A stretch of DNA of 52,672 nt from Selaginella moellendorffii. Lineage: Eukaryota > Plantae > Lycopodiophyta. The notes beneath the pieces were generated by a model. The model was not told where the DNA came from. It searched no databases and saw only the letters and a program-made list of their open reading frames with translations. The stretch covers positions 155,942 through 208,613 of the forward strand of contig NW_003314264.1 in NCBI RefSeq assembly GCF_000143415.4, in the 5' to 3' direction. The translations under genes and the position numbers were made by a program. How positions within the stretch are numbered: position 1 is the first letter of the stretch; each line of letters opens with the position of its first letter. Below, in pieces: positions 23,272-37,613 of the stretch.

Positions 23272-25150
23272 TCAACAAGAGAAGCATAGAGTCTCCATGA
23301 ACAACCTTTGCATCATTGCATTTGGCAATCCATGTCCAGTGATAGCCATAATTTTACTGCCATTCTTAGCTCTTCGATTGAATGATGCCCTGCTCCATTT
23401 AAGCATGATCAAGAAAGCTGCATTTAGCCATGAATCCATGATCAAGCAAGGTTCATTCAGACATGTAACGAGTGTGCAGTTTTCCCCTAGGTTGAAATTA
23501 TCTTCTTTAAAATATTCATTTGTCATAGCAGCAGTGTGGCAGTTTATACACATCTCAATCTTTCTCCTCTAATTAAGATGCATGTATAGCACAAGCTGGC
23601 ATATTTTGAAATATAACAAAGTCCAATAGTTTTTACCCAATTTCCCTAGAAAGTGTTTTTACATTTATTTGTATATTTTATTTCTTTTTGTAGGTTTTTG
23701 TTCTATTTAATATTCCACTTATGAGCTTGCATCAAAGGGCTGGTATACCACAGCATTGATCATGGCCTGGACTCTGTCTCGCATGAAGACACTCATATGC
23801 TTGTTGTGGAAGAGACTCATGAAATCTGCTGGCATTGGCATCTGTGGTGTTGGCTGGAGGCATTGCATTTCATCCACAAACTGGAGAAATACTAAGCCCA
23901 AGATTCAGTGAGGAAGCTTGGCTTCATGGTGTCACTCCTACTTGGAACGCTCTCGATTGTGGTGATCACAGTGATGTGGCATGTTGTCGGTGTCAGCATC
24001 TGGATCTGGTGGTGTCACTACTTGTGAGGAGATGTTGGAGGCTACTCCTGCTGGGGCTAGCTCACGTTGTGCTCCTCTAGTAGTGGCAACTGTAGGTCTG
24101 GAATCTCTTTCTTTGCACTTGTCTCAGTCTTGGCATCATCCAGCAAGGTAGTTATAGGCTCAAGATCTCATTCCTGTGTTCTCTTAAGTCTCCTTGCCTT
24201 AAGCTTCATCCCCTTTATCATTGGTGGTTCTCTTGGGAGTTTCTTGCCCATACACATAGGTGTTGATATGTGAGGGTGGTGTTGTCTTAGTTGATTCTCT
24301 TTGTGTCTTTGTTGGTGGAGTTAGAGCTAGTGATGACTCTTCTTTTTCATCTTCTTCCTGACTTTCTTCATTATCTTCTTCCTCTTTGTCATTGTCACAA
24401 AGGATCAAGTCTTTCTGAAGTGCAGTCTCCTTTCCTTCGTATTCAGGTGTCTGCATGTTCATGGCATTGCTTGGTCTTGTGTTGCCGTCATCTATTTCTA
24501 TTTCTTTAATTTGGATCTGATGGCGGTGTTGAGCTTTCTGTGATGTAAGGAAGCGCAAGTGTTTTGCATTTGAGGCTGTCTTGGAGTATTGTCATTGTCA
24601 TATGCATTTCCTTGATGAACTTGTTGCAGAGGTAGCTCACAGTTTCAACTCTTGTTTTCTGCTGCAAGTCATTGTAGAGAATCACAATTTTTTTACTGGC
24701 AGAAGTTGTGGACTTTCGCATCTCAAGTGTGGAGGTAAATTAGTTGAGCTGTAGCTTGGCATCATTGGTCACATTGCTCATTTGTAGAGAGTTGCCACTG
24801 TTGTAGTTCTTGAAGACTTTGATGCATTTCAGTGGAATCCCCTTTGTGTGATCAATATCACTTGCTCTCCACTGTGGGAAGCTTAAAAGCCCATGCAAAG
24901 TATTTGGTGTGCATGACAAACTTGTAGTCGTTGGTGTGCACAAAGTCTTCCTCGTATGCCAGAAGAAGCTTTTTGGCAATGTTGAAATCATTTAGCTTCT
25001 CCATAATTTTTGAGAACTCAACCTCATGTAGCCACTTGTCAAGCTCTTCAATTCTGTTCCAAATCAGATTGCATGGCAAGAGAAGACTCACCCCAAGGCT
25101 TTAAGATCGAAGATGAACTCCTTGGTGATGCCACATGCTTGCATGCTCTA
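23272..25150 (-). pseudogene. Decayed coding-like region of unknown family, possibly an extra 3' ORF of the non-chromoviral gypsy element
   Basis: Chain of co-oriented minus-strand ORF fragments (LPCNLIWNRIEELDKWLHEVEF..., acidic DKEEEDNEESQEEDEKEE), downstream of integrase on the same strand. Confidence 0.35.
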
Positions 25151-25635
25151 TTTCCCCATTCCCTTGCTTGATCTCAGCGTATTGTGCTATAGCAGGAGGC
25201 ACTAGGGTTAGGTTTTATGCCCTTGCTCCAAATTTGACAAAGTTGAGTGATTTAGGTTTAAATCTCTAACTTGAATTTTTTTTCTTCTTGTTGTCTTTCT
25301 AATGGAGCTTGTTTTCTCTTGACCTTGTGCGCAATTATTGATAAGTATTAGTAATTTGTAATGTCTCTTGGTCTTGTTTTTGGTGGAAATTTCTCAAGTC
25401 ATGTCTTTTCTTATTTTCTTGAACTTGAAGTTTGATAATTTTCTTTGAGTTGAGTTCTTGAACTTGATTCTTGAGATTTGTGTTTTTGTTAGAACCTTGA
25501 TTTTGATTCTTATTTGTTTTGCCTATGTTGAAGTCTCGAGTTTTATGTTTAAATTTCTTGGATTCTTGAGCTTTAATCTTTTTAGTATTGGATTCTTGAG
25601 TTTCAATGTTGTAATCTTTTTTTATAGATCATTAT

Positions 25636-26275
25636 TGTAACATATATGATCATAGGATGAGATTTGGATATACGGTCACTGTGGATCCTTAAAACTTTGG
25701 GGGATAAGATAGCCACTAAAGGCTTTCTTATCAAGCAATTGCCCCTTTTCCAGTTGGCTTAAGGGGAGAGAGATAGGGTGTGTTATATGTGGTATCAAAG
25801 CAAATGGCATGAGTTCGATTCCCATTGATTAGTGGCTACTTAAAATATAATACCTTTGAGTAAGGTATATTCCTACCCCTAAAATTGAAATTGTATGTAT
25901 TGGGCATCTATGAGTATATCCTTCTTCTTGTAGGGCATCTATAGATGAAGGTATCCACTGTAGGACTGTGGTACAGGTGGATAATTAGTTGCTTTATATG
26001 GAAAGCTAGTCTATACAATGGAAGAATTGGTGCAAAAATGGAGGTTCTTGTTCCCCTTGGATTAGTAGGAGTTGTTAATCAATAGTCAATGAGGACATTG
26101 ACATCTTTGTAGGGGGGGGTGAGTGTAGTGTATGTGATCATGAGATGAGATTTAGATATACTATCATTGTGGATCCTTGGAACCTTAGGGGATAAAATAG
26201 CTATTAAAGGCTCTCTCATCAAGCAATTGCCCTTTTTTCAGTTAGCTTAAGGGGAGAGAGATAAAGTGCATTACA
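25636..26275 (+). mobile_element. TRIM (terminal-repeat retrotransposon in miniature), 640 bp
   Basis: 152-bp LTRs 25636-25787 and 26124-26275; PBS TGGTATCAAAGC at 25790-25801; PPT AGGGGGGGGTGAG at 26111-26123; exact TSD ATTAT. Confidence 0.92.
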
Positions 26276-26544
26276 ATTATTGACAAGATTAGTATCAATT
26301 GATTGGTATTTCTTAAGATTATTAAGGTTGATAGTTTGCATATTAGTCATCAAGTGTTTCAATCCCATTTTTAAAGCTTTGAGTTATTAAATGAAAAATG
26401 GTCCTTTCTATCTTGAGCTAATTTTCTCTATGTTTCCTTGAAACCATAAAACTTGATATCCAATTTTGAGTTCTTCACTTTTCTTGAGTCTTCTTTTTAT
26501 ATTGTGGTGGGTTTTTTTTCTATCTTGAATGGATTTGAGTATCC

Positions 26545-27904
26545 TGTTAGTGACTAATTTTCCATTTTATTTTAGTCACTTAACTATGCCTATGATGTCT
26601 CGGAGGAGTCTCACTCACAACCCCCGTAGGTCCTCATCTCCCTTAGGGTACTTGCTTACCTCTAGATGTGATCTTAAGAATATATTGACTTTGCATTTAG
26701 TCCAAGTGCTCCATATGTTTAGTCTCACTTCCGACACCTAAAAAACCACTAACATCTTAGCCTATTACACTAGGGTTATATCCATTTGCCCTTGGTACTC
26801 CAAGACCACTTGCAATACAATCTCATCTCTCCAAGACTGAGACATCTACTATAACGATACATTAGCATCCTTAGGATGACTCAAGACATGAGGAACACCA
26901 TCCCTTGATATCCCTCTTTTGATCCCCACTAAATCCATCTATAGTAGTGCTCACCAACACCACCACTGGTTTAGGGCTTAAAGTCCCATCCACTAAGCCC
27001 CACTGACCTTTGGAACTTCCTCACCACATGACCATACCCTTGGTCACCAAGCAAGAGGACCATTCCTCTTTCTTTCCATGGTTTGGGACTTTAGGATGAT
27101 ATTTCAAAACACTAAAGCCTAAAGTGAGCCTCATGGGTAATCCCCCCACCTTTTGCCACTAAGGTGCCCCAGCTATATGGCTAGAACAAGGTTCTAATAA
27201 GCCATAGAAGGTATCCAAATAAGTAGTGCCACCCACACTTAGATTGGGAGCATTGGCTATTCAATTTCTTAGGGGAGTTAGAGTTGACTTTTGAACACTT
27301 CACTAAGTTATCTCATTTATTCATCTATGTTCACTCTAGCTTTAAACTCCTCAGTAGCTATATCATCACCCACCACATAAGTGTAATCTTCCTTAATCAC
27401 ACTAGCCTTTCCTAGCTAAATTAATTCTATTGGAGTCCTCCACCTTACTATCCCATAGGGACTCACCAAACCCTTAGGGTCTAAGAGATAATCACTTTGG
27501 GTTTTCATCCTTGGACTTAGACTCAAACTCAATTTCATACTTAGTCTCAATCTTGGTTTAGACCCAGTCTCAGTCTTGGTCTCAGTCTTGGACCAATCTC
27601 AAACTCCTTCTTAGACTCCATATTAAACCCCTTCTCGGACTCCATCTTAGACTCCTCTTGGACTCCTTCTTGGACTTGGTTTTGATATTTCCATGTGTCA
27701 TGATACTTGCTATATATCGATTCATTTAGTGTCCCTTTCTAGAAACTCACTTATTAATTACTTTGTGTTCATTCCTCAAGAGTTCCACTCCTGCTCTTGA
27801 CTTTTGAGTTAGAGATTTTAATCCAAATGTGTTATGTTTATTTGGCTTCCACTTCGGCCACTACTATATGGCACACTTTGGGACTTAGGGATTTGTGTCT
27901 CATA
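26545..27904 (-). mobile_element. Old family A solo LTR
   Basis: Colinear with young LTRs, eroded short array, degenerate TSD (TATCC/TGTCT). Confidence 0.85.
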
Positions 27905-27949
27905 TGTCTAAATTGTGTGTAGTTATTCTTTATCAAGCTTCTTTAACAT

Positions 27950-29953
27950 TGCTAATCTTCTCTTGACTAATTCTTCTTGGTTGATTTCAATAAAGAAATA
28001 ATGTACTTTGGTGTCAAAGCTTCTAAGCCATAAATGTGCTTCAATGGTGTTGAGTTTGTTGAAACCTTATAAGCAATTTGGTATGCCCATAAAGCATTAT
28101 GGATCGATTGTCTTAGTCTTTTTAATTTATCTTTATGATCTTCTTAAGTATATTTTTGAGGGCTTTGTTTGTAAATTCAACTTGACCATTTTCTTGAGTA
28201 TCATATGGCATTGAAGCTTTATGCTTAATTGTGAACTCTTGAGTTAGAATATTGATAGTATTGTTGATGAAGTGTATTCTTTGATTTATAATAAGTTCTT
28301 GAGGTAAACCGTATGTGGTGATAATGTTTATATAGATGAACTTTGTTGTGTTCTTTACTATTATAGCTTTCATTGGTTGAGCTTCAATCCACTTTATCAT
28401 GTAGTTAATAGCTATGAGAATATATTTATTTTATTTAGAACTTGTTGTAAGTGGTCTTACAAAGTTGACTCCCTATTGTTAATATGGTTTGAGAAGAGTC
28501 ATAGAATGAAGTTCTTGAATCTGCTTTTTTGGCACATACTTGATTCTTTGACAAATATAGCATTCTTGACAAAATTTTATTGAGTCATACTAGAGCGTTA
28601 GCAACTAAAGTCCTGTTTGTAAAATCTTCTAAGTTGTGATTTCTTTTGTAAAATATCCTCCTATTTATCTACAGTAAACTTCTTCAAGTAAATATTAGAT
28701 TTTTTTAGGTTGGACACATCTTTGTAATATGTTATCTCATCCTAACTTGTATAGCCTTCCTCTTATGACTAAATATGGTCTTGTCCTTAAGATAAATTAT
28801 TTGCATTGGTCAAAGATGGTTTACTCACTTGATATTTTTGCTACAGTCAAGTAGTAGTAAGTGTCGTGTCCAAATTGGTGAAGTATAGACTTGCATGATG
28901 TTGGAGTTGGGGAAGTCATCCATATTGTGCTTTGGTTGTTTATTTGTTGTGATGTAGCTGAGGTGGTCGACTTGTTTGTATTGTTTGTTGAGATTATGGA
29001 TGATCTTGAATTTATATTCTTCAAGAGTAATAACTATCAAGCAATTTTGCTAATGAGGATGGCTTTATTAAGGTGTAAAATTATCGTCTACCATGATCTT
29101 TACTTTAGTGCCAAGTAGGTAATGTCAAAACTTCTGGAGTGTATAGACCATTCTGAGAGCTTCCTTTTATGTCTTAGTGTAGTTTATTTTAGCTGAATTG
29201 AGTCTTCATGACCAGTATAGTAGATTGGTAAATTTGTAAGGTTTTCTTGTTATTGTGAAATAATTGCTCCAATTGCATAGTTGGAGGTGTTGACTTGAAT
29301 ATTTAAGTATTCATTAAGTATTGGAGCTTTTGTTAATAAATTCTTGAGTGTGCTAAAAGCTTCTTATTCTTAAGTCCATTTGTAAATTTGATTCTCCTTG
29401 ATAAGTTTAGTGAGTGGTTTGGTGATATTTTTACAGTCTCTAATAAATCATTGATGGTATCTAATTTTTCTAAAAAAGGTTCAAAGTTTAGTGATGTTTT
29501 TTTGATTTTGCATATTGATGATAGCAAGAGTCTTGTCTTTTCCGACAAGGATGCCTCCTTTACAAATAATGTGTCCAAGCATAACTCTAGATTTAACAAA
29601 GAAAGTGCATATCTAAAATTTCAAGGCGATGTTATTTTCTCAATATTTGATAAAGCATTTTTCAAGATAGTTGAGATGGTATTCTTTGCTCCTAAATACA
29701 CTAAAGTTATCCATGAAAACTCATGTGAACTCGGTGAATTACTCTTAAAAAGTGTCAATGATGATTCTCTGGAAAGTAAATAGTGTATTAGAAAGAACAA
29801 ATGGGATAAGCAAAGTGTCTCATAGACTAATAAAAGCCATCTTGTCAAGTGCAAAGTGAGAAAAACTATCAAGGAATGAGTATATCTTGTGTCTAGTGAT
29901 TGTGTCAAGAACCTTGTTAGAGAAGGGATTGAGAATGTGTCTTTTTGTATTGC
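27950..29953 (-). pseudogene. Decayed non-chromoviral Ty3/gypsy pol (RT C-part, RNase H, integrase)
   Basis: Integrase KWIEAQ...YGLPQELI...PYDTQENGQVEFTNKALKNILKK; RNase H SNYAIGAII...NYTKT*KEAL; RT NKVLDTITRHKIYSFLDSFS. Confidence 0.9.
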
Positions 29954-32900
29954 TGTGAGACACAAAATCCCTAGGCCCCAAAGTGGAGCCGGAAGGGCGC
30001 CACATGGTAGAGGCCGAAGCGAGAGCCAAACGAGCGTAACACGTTTGGACCAAAAGCTCCGACTTGAAAAGTCAAGAGCGGGAGTGGAACTCCCAACGAA
30101 GTGCTCGAGGAACGAGCACGAAGCGAGCAAAAGGCGAGGCTCCAAAAAGGGGACCCAAAAGGACCAACACATGACACGTGGGAGTGTCCGAGATGGAGTC
30201 CGAAGTGGAGTCTGAGGTGGACCCAAGATGGACCCGAGATGGAGTCCGAGATGGAGTCCGAGATGGAGTCCGAGGTGGACCCGAGATGGACCCGAAATGG
30301 AGTCCGAGATGGAGTCCGAGATGGACCCGAGATGGAGTCCGAGATGGAGTCCGAGATGGAGTCCGAGGTGGACCCAAGATGGACCCGAGATGGAGTCCGA
30401 GATGGAGTCCGAGATGGACCCGAGATGGAGTCCGAGATGGAGTCCGAGATGGACCCGAGATGGACCCGAAATGGAGTCCGAGATGGAGTCCGAGATGGAC
30501 CCGAGATGGAGTCCGAGATGGAGTCCGAGATGGACCCGAGATGGACCCGAGATGGAGTCCGAGATGGAGTCCGAGATGGAGTCCGAGATGGAGTCCGAAG
30601 TCGAGACCGAGACCGGAACCGAGACCGGGACCGAGACCGAGACCGAGACCGAGATCGGGACCGAGACCGAGACCGAGGCCGAGGCCAAGACCGAGCCCGA
30701 GCCCGAGTCTGAGTCCGAGTCCGAGTCCGAGTCCGAGTCCGAGTCCGAGTCGGAGTCCGAGTCCGGAGCCTGAGAGGGTGAAAGCCCAAAGCGTTCGTCT
30801 CCCAGACCCTGGGGGGTTTGGTGAGCCCCAAAAGTATAGTAGGGGGAGGACTGCAGTGGAGCCAGTTTGGCCAGGAAAGGCCAGTTTGGCCCAGGAAGGC
30901 CGGACCCAGTGTTGGGTGATGAGATGCCCACTGGGAAGTCCAAGACTAGAGTGAACACGGACCGACAAGCGGGGTAGCTTGGTGAAGTGTTCAAGAGCCG
31001 GCTCTAGTTCCCCCGGGAGATCGACTGGCCGATGCTCCCAGTCCAAGTGTGGGTGGCACTACCTACTTGGATACCTGGTGTGGCTCAACGGAACCCGCTC
31101 TAAGCCCATGGCTAGAGCACCTAAAGGCGATAGGTGGGGAGAGTACCCAGGTGGCTCGCGTAAGGCCACGGTGTTCCGAAATGTTGTCCCAAAGGCCCAG
31201 ACTGTGGAAAGGAAGAGGAGCAGTCCTCTGGGGTAGTGACCAAGGACACAGTCATGTGGTGAGGAAGTCCCAGAGGACCGTGGGACTTAGTGGTCGGGCC
31301 TGTGGGCCTCGATCCAGTGGTAGTGTTGGCAAACACGGCCAGGGGCAGAAAGGGACTTGGTAGGAACTGACAAAGGGACTTTGGGGAAGGCAATTCCCCA
31401 GGTCTGTGGGCATCCTAAGGATGCTAAGGAGTGGATCTAGGATGACCACTCGTGGACACATGACCCAGTCTTGGAGAGACGAGGTGGTGATGCAAGTGGT
31501 GTTGAACCACTAGTGCAGCAAAGGTGAATGGGCATGGCCTTAGCGTAACGGGCCGAGATGTCAGTGGTACCTTTGGGTGTCGGTCTCAGGACCGGACACG
31601 TGGAGCACTTGGACCAGGTGCAAGTGTGGAGTGGCATGGATGCCATTCTTGGGGCTAGCAAGTCCCAAGTCCTGAATTGGACTGATGGAGGTTGTGAATG
31701 AGACTCCTCCAAGTGGTCGGAGGTGTGGTTAAGTGACTAAAGTAGAATGGAAAAATTAGTCGCTTACAACTTGGTATCGGAGCTGTTCCTTAGTCCGACT
31801 TTTATTGGTGCTCAAGTATATAACCACTAGTGTTGGCATCGGAAGGTCCGAGGAGTGGGCCTATCCTTGAGGAGTAGCAAGTCTGGAAGACATGGCTCTC
31901 CATTACAGTTCATGTGTGAACTTGTAGACGAGGTGGTGGATAGAAAAGGGTCAATAATGGAACGACTTTGGGATCTTGGGAACAGTGCAAGGTTTTCCTC
32001 ATTGAGTTGAGGATGTGATCCGGATGAGCATTTGTCTCAGCAAATTGGCTTAGGTTGTTGTGGTAAACAACTAAAGTTGGGATCACGGGAAAGATAGAGA
32101 CTCCAAAACAATAAAGGAGTCACAAGATTATCCTCATATAGTTGAGGTTGGTGCTCATGAATGTGAGACCAAAGGTAATGACCGTGGAAGGTCAAATACG
32201 GAAGAGGACTCAAGTCCTTGAAATGGTAGCCGGGGCTACCTCTAATAAATGCTAGAACAACCCAAGGAGTTGGGGGTGTATTAAGTGGATAAGTTGGTAT
32301 TCTCATCACATGGACAAGTAGTCCTAAGGGGCAAAGGTTGCCCCCAGAGAACAAAATCAAGTGTCGGAGTAACACTTGTGAAAATAGTCCTTTTGAGTAG
32401 GACCGGAATGCAAGAAGTGTATTCCAGTGAGCTAGTGCCTCACAAGTAGGACCTTACGGGTCGGTGGATTAACCAAGTCCAAAACTGCTAGACGACTCAA
32501 GTAGAGTCAAGGGATGGTCCTAAAAGGACTGATAGAAGCATTTGGACTGAGGTGCGTTGTACCCCACAAAGGATGGGGGGGGATCATAGGATCCAAGGAT
32601 GAGAACAGAGGGTATCTCATCGATGGCAAAATGTGCCATGCTAAAGTCGTGGGAAAGGTGTTCCCAAATAAGAAAACAACTTTGACACAAAGTTGTGTGT
32701 GACCTCTATGGTGCCGTGCTAACAAATGGTTGGCATGAGAAAGAGCGGTATTGGTCTTGGCAAAGACTTAGACACAAAGAAAAAGTCTCATGGAGGTAGG
32801 CTCGTGGAGCCGATGGTGTGGAGACACCAAATGTGCCAAGGTGTGATACCTTGAGGCTATGTTGTTGGGTTCATGAGGACCCCTTGCCAAAGGAGTCCCA

Positions 32901-35900
32901 ATGGAAATGGGAATGGCAAGGCCTAAGCTGGAAGGTATGCGGTTGGAGTGTGGTGACCCAGATAGTGATGGAGGTGTGAAAGCACCAAGCAATGAGTTGT
33001 AGGACTTGACAACTATGAGGCAACTAAGCAAGAGGTGGAAAATAACTGGTTAAATGGGTAGAAGGTAGCTACCCAAGACTTCTAGTATAGGGAAGTCAGA
33101 TATACCCTTACGGGGGATAAGTTGCTTATATTGCGATATAGTAAGTCAATGTCATAAAAGGAAATACTCATTGTCAAGAAAGCCATCATTGGGACACCCG
33201 AACACTCTAGAACACCAGAAGGTGGTGTTTGATGTCGCGAGGGCAATGGATAAAGCCCAAGGGACTAAGTCCCTAGCGAATGATGGATAGAAGGTGCTAT
33301 CCAAATGTCCAAGGTTGCGGAGACAGGAGAGGACTGTCTACCCAAGTTGGACAAAGCCAAAAATGGAATTTTGGCAAGGCTAGTGATGGGCATGTAAAGG
33401 CCCATAAGCAACAATGTAACCCCAGTGTGTGGGATTATAAGCTGAGCATACCCGGATTGAGGAACCACTCCCTGGGCTATTGGGTAGGTTCATCCCTAAG
33501 AATACTTGCTAAGGCATGATAGAAAGTGCAAAGCTATCCTCCTGGTCTGGAGGAGAATGACCGAAGGAAAGGTGTGAAGCCAAAGGCAAGTAGTGTTGGG
33601 ATGGAACTGAACCATAGAAATCAAAGGGCATATCCAATAGTCGTTATGAAAGTTGGGAGTGGAGAATCAAGAGGGTGCTCGAGGATGTTGTTGCTAGCAA
33701 CCGTGATGCCATGGAGAGTCTAAAATATGGAATTGTCCATGTTAGACTATATGGCAACTATAAAGCTTGCGAAAGGGGAGGCCTTAGCAAGCTGAGGGAC
33801 AGAGTTCCTTCAAGGTTCCCAAAGACGATTCTAGGTAGCGTAATACCTAAAAGGGCCAAGTGTAAATGGTTCATGGAACGCGCGAAATCAGAGTGGCGCA
33901 GCAGAAGCGTGGTCTTGAAGCTTGCCATGAGGCAAGGTTATCAAGGTTAGGGAAGTAGTTCCCGAGTGTTCAAAGAGAGGGCTTTGAACGAAAGTCGATG
34001 GTCAAGGACTTTCACGCTTATGCAGGAACCATGTTACAATGGTCGGAGGACTTGCCAAGTGAGATTGGCACGTCGGGGGAACAAAGACCCTTGTTGAAGG
34101 TGATATCTTCAAAAAGGGTGAGCCAGGGGGCCGAGCATGGAGGAGTCCATGCATGATCACAGACATGTCAAGTGAGAGGACTTGGCAGTGTGGAGGAACT
34201 AGGTTCCTAAGCTGTGATCTGTAGCGCGCTTTAAAAATAGGATGGTGCACCGGCGTGGGGAGTCACGCCAGGCATCTAGTGTGATGCCGTCCGTAGATGC
34301 ATATACGGAGGTTGGGTTCGAGTCCCGACCCTCTAGTGCTTGGGTTCGAGTCCCAAATCACTAGGGCGTGGTGATGGTTTGGAATATGAGGACACTCATA
34401 TTTCGGTGGTCATGGACTCTCAGTGGGGAGACTGGTTTGGGCACACCGCCAAGCGAGGGATGCCTCGGAGTCGTGATGCACGGTTAGATTGCTTAGTGTG
34501 AAAGCTCAGCATATCTAACTTGAACACTTGGTGCAAGTGGCACCAAGGTCGTGGTGAGTGAGATGGGGACACCTAATCTCAGTTGCTATGAACCCTTGGC
34601 CGTAAGGGCTAGCTTGGGTGCACCGCCAAGTGTGGGGGATGCCCCCGGGGTTATAGTCAACAACTTGGAGGTCTAGAAAACCAAGTACCTCTTGGCAACT
34701 CTGTTAAGGTGCCAAGGTGAGATCACTAGGTGATCTTATGGCCAGATAAGGACAAGGTCCTTGGTTGGCTAAGGAATGAAGTTCCTGGTTCAAAATGTTG
34801 AAATTGAACTGTTTAAGGTGGTGTGGCTTGGTCGTGATAACCAAGTGGGAAGAGCACCTAAGGGAAATAAACTATGTCCGTGCGATGGCATAGTGAGTCC
34901 GAGGAAAGTAGTCTCTATAAAAGACCCATGGGAGGGTCACGAAGTTGGGCCGTGGATAGAGCCCATAGCAGAAGATGCTAAAGAGACGTACTAGGGGTGA
35001 ACGTCCTCCGGACTTGGCAAAGAAGAGTCTTTGCTATGGAACCGAAACAATACCTCAAGGAGGGAGGTAGAGATTCGATGTTGCTTGGTGCAACAATCAA
35101 CGGATAGGAGCAAAAGATGAGTGGCCAAGATAGGGCCGGGGAATCCCTTGGAAGGAATCCAAGTGACAAAGTTAGGCGAGGAACACTAATGTGTTGGACG
35201 CTAACAAGTTGCGGGAAAGGAAGTGTGTTTCCAAGGAGGGATTCCGAAATGCTCCGAGGTTGCGAAAGTGGAAGCTCCAAGGGAGGGAGTGGTAAGGTAG
35301 CCAAATGATAGGGCCATGAACAGCCCTAGCATAAAGCATGATAACTGGAACTTTGGCACGAAATAGAAGAGAGGATGATGGGGCCCTCGAGTAGAGAACT
35401 TCCTAGGATGGGAAGTGGAGTTGCACAAAAGGTGCAAGGCAAGGTGTCGGAGACACCTAGGAAATTGACTCCAAGAAGTCAAAAATTCAAAGTTCCAAAG
35501 TGCAAAGGTTATATCGATGGAAATTGAGACTACTCGAGAAGGAGTAGTGGGATTGACTTAGAGAAGGGTCTCTAAGAGGTTTAGCGAGAACTAAACCAAT
35601 AAAAGGATGAACCATTACATGTGGTCCAATCAGTCTCTTAATTGGAGAGACTACGCTCCTTAAAGGATGGACAAGGCATGGTGAGCCTTTGATGTCAAAC
35701 CATAGACAAAGATTGGCTAGGTGCCAAAGATGGAAATGGTAACACATGTGGGTGTTACTTTATGAAAGGGTTTACCGTTCGATGAGGACATCGAACTTCG
35801 TCTATGGGTGGTGGAGTTGTGAGACACAAAATCCCTAGGCCCCAAAGTGGAGCCGGAAGGGCGCCACATGGTAGAGGCCGAAGCGAGAGCCAAACGAGCG

Positions 35901-37608
35901 TAACACGTTTGGACCAAAAGCTCCGACTTGAAAAGTCAAGAGCGGGAGTGGAACTCCCAACGAAGTGCTCGAGGAACGAGCACGAAGCGAGCAAAAGGCG
36001 AGGCTCCAAAAAGGGGACCCAAAAGGACCAACACATGACACGTGGGAGTGTCCGAGATGGAGTCCGAAGTGGAGTCCGAGGTGGACCCAAGATGGACCCG
36101 AGATGGAGTCCGAGATGGAGTCCGAGATGGAGTCCGAGGTGGACCCGAGATGGACCCGAAATGGAGTCCGAGATGGAGTCCGAGATGGACCCGAGATGGA
36201 GTCCGAGATGGAGTCCGAGGTGGACCCAAGATGGACCCGAGATGGAGTCCGAGATGGAGTCCGAGATGGACCCGAGATGGAGTCCGAGATGGAGTCCGAG
36301 ATGGACCCGAGATGGACCCGAAATGGAGTCCGAGATGGAGTCCGAGATGGACCCGAGATGGAGTCCGAGATGGAGTCCGAGATGGACCCGAGATGGACCC
36401 GAGATGGAGTCCGAGATGGAGTCCGAGATGGAGTCCGAGATGGAGTCCGAAGTCGAGACCGAGACCGGAACCGAGACCGGGACCGAGACCGAGACCGAGA
36501 CCGAGATCGGGACCGAGACCGAGACCGAGGCCGAGGCCAAGACCGAGCCCGAGCCCGAGGCCGAGTCCGAGTCCGAGTCCGAGTCCGAGTCGGAGTCCGA
36601 GTCCGGAGCCTGAGAGGGTGAAAGCCCAAAGCGTTCGTCTCCCAGACCCTGGGGGGTTTGGTGAGCCCCAAAAGTATAGTAGGGGGAGGACTGCAGTGGA
36701 GCCAGTTTGGCCAGGAAAGGCCAGTTTGGCCCAGGAAGGCCGGACCCAGTGTTGGGTGATGAGATGCCCACTGGGAAGTCCAAGACTAGAGTGAACACGG
36801 ACCGACAAGCGGGGTAGCTTGGTGAAGTGTTCAAGAGCCGGCTCTAGTTCCCCCGGGAGATCGACTGGCCGATGCTCCCAGTCCAAGTGTGGGTGGCACT
36901 ACCTACTTGGATACCTGGTGTGGCTCAACGGAACCCGCTCTAAGCCCATGGCTAGAGCACCTAAAGGCGATAGGTGGGGAGAGTACCCAGGTGGCTCGCG
37001 TAAGGCCACGGTGTTCCGAAATGTTGTCCCAAAGGCCCAGACTGTGGAAAGGAAGAGGAGCAGTCCTCTGGGGTAGTGACCAAGGACACAGTCATGTGGT
37101 GAGGAAGTCCCAGAGGACCGTGGGACTTAGTGGTCGGGCCTGTGGGCCTCGATCCAGTGGTAGTGTTGGCAAACACGGCCAGGGGCAGAAAGGGACTTGG
37201 TAGGAACTGACAAAGGGACTTTGGGGAAGGTAATTCCCCAGGTCTGTGGGCATCCTAAGGATGCTAAGGAGTGGATCTAGGATGACCACTCGTGGACACA
37301 TGACCCAGTCTTGGAGAGACGAGGTGGTGATGCAAGTGGTGTTGAACCACTAGTGCAGCAAAGGTGAATGGGCATGGCCTTAGCGTAACGGGCCGAGATG
37401 TCAGTGGTACCTTTGGGTGTCGGTCTCAGGACCGGACACGTGGAGCACTTGGACCAGGTGCAAGTGTGGAGTGGCATGGATGCCATTCTTGGGGCTAGCA
37501 AGTCCCAAGTCCTGAATTGGACTGATGGAGGTTGTGAATGAGACTCCTCCAAGTGGTCGGAGGTGTGGTTAAGTGACTAAAGTAGAATGGAAAAATTAGT
37601 CGCTTACA
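29954..37608 (+). mobile_element. Family A full-length copy A2
   Basis: LTRs 29954-31768 and 35818-37608; TSD ATTGC; PBS 31772-31783; PPT 35806-35816; non-coding interior. Confidence 0.97.
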
Positions 37609-37613
37609 ATTGC

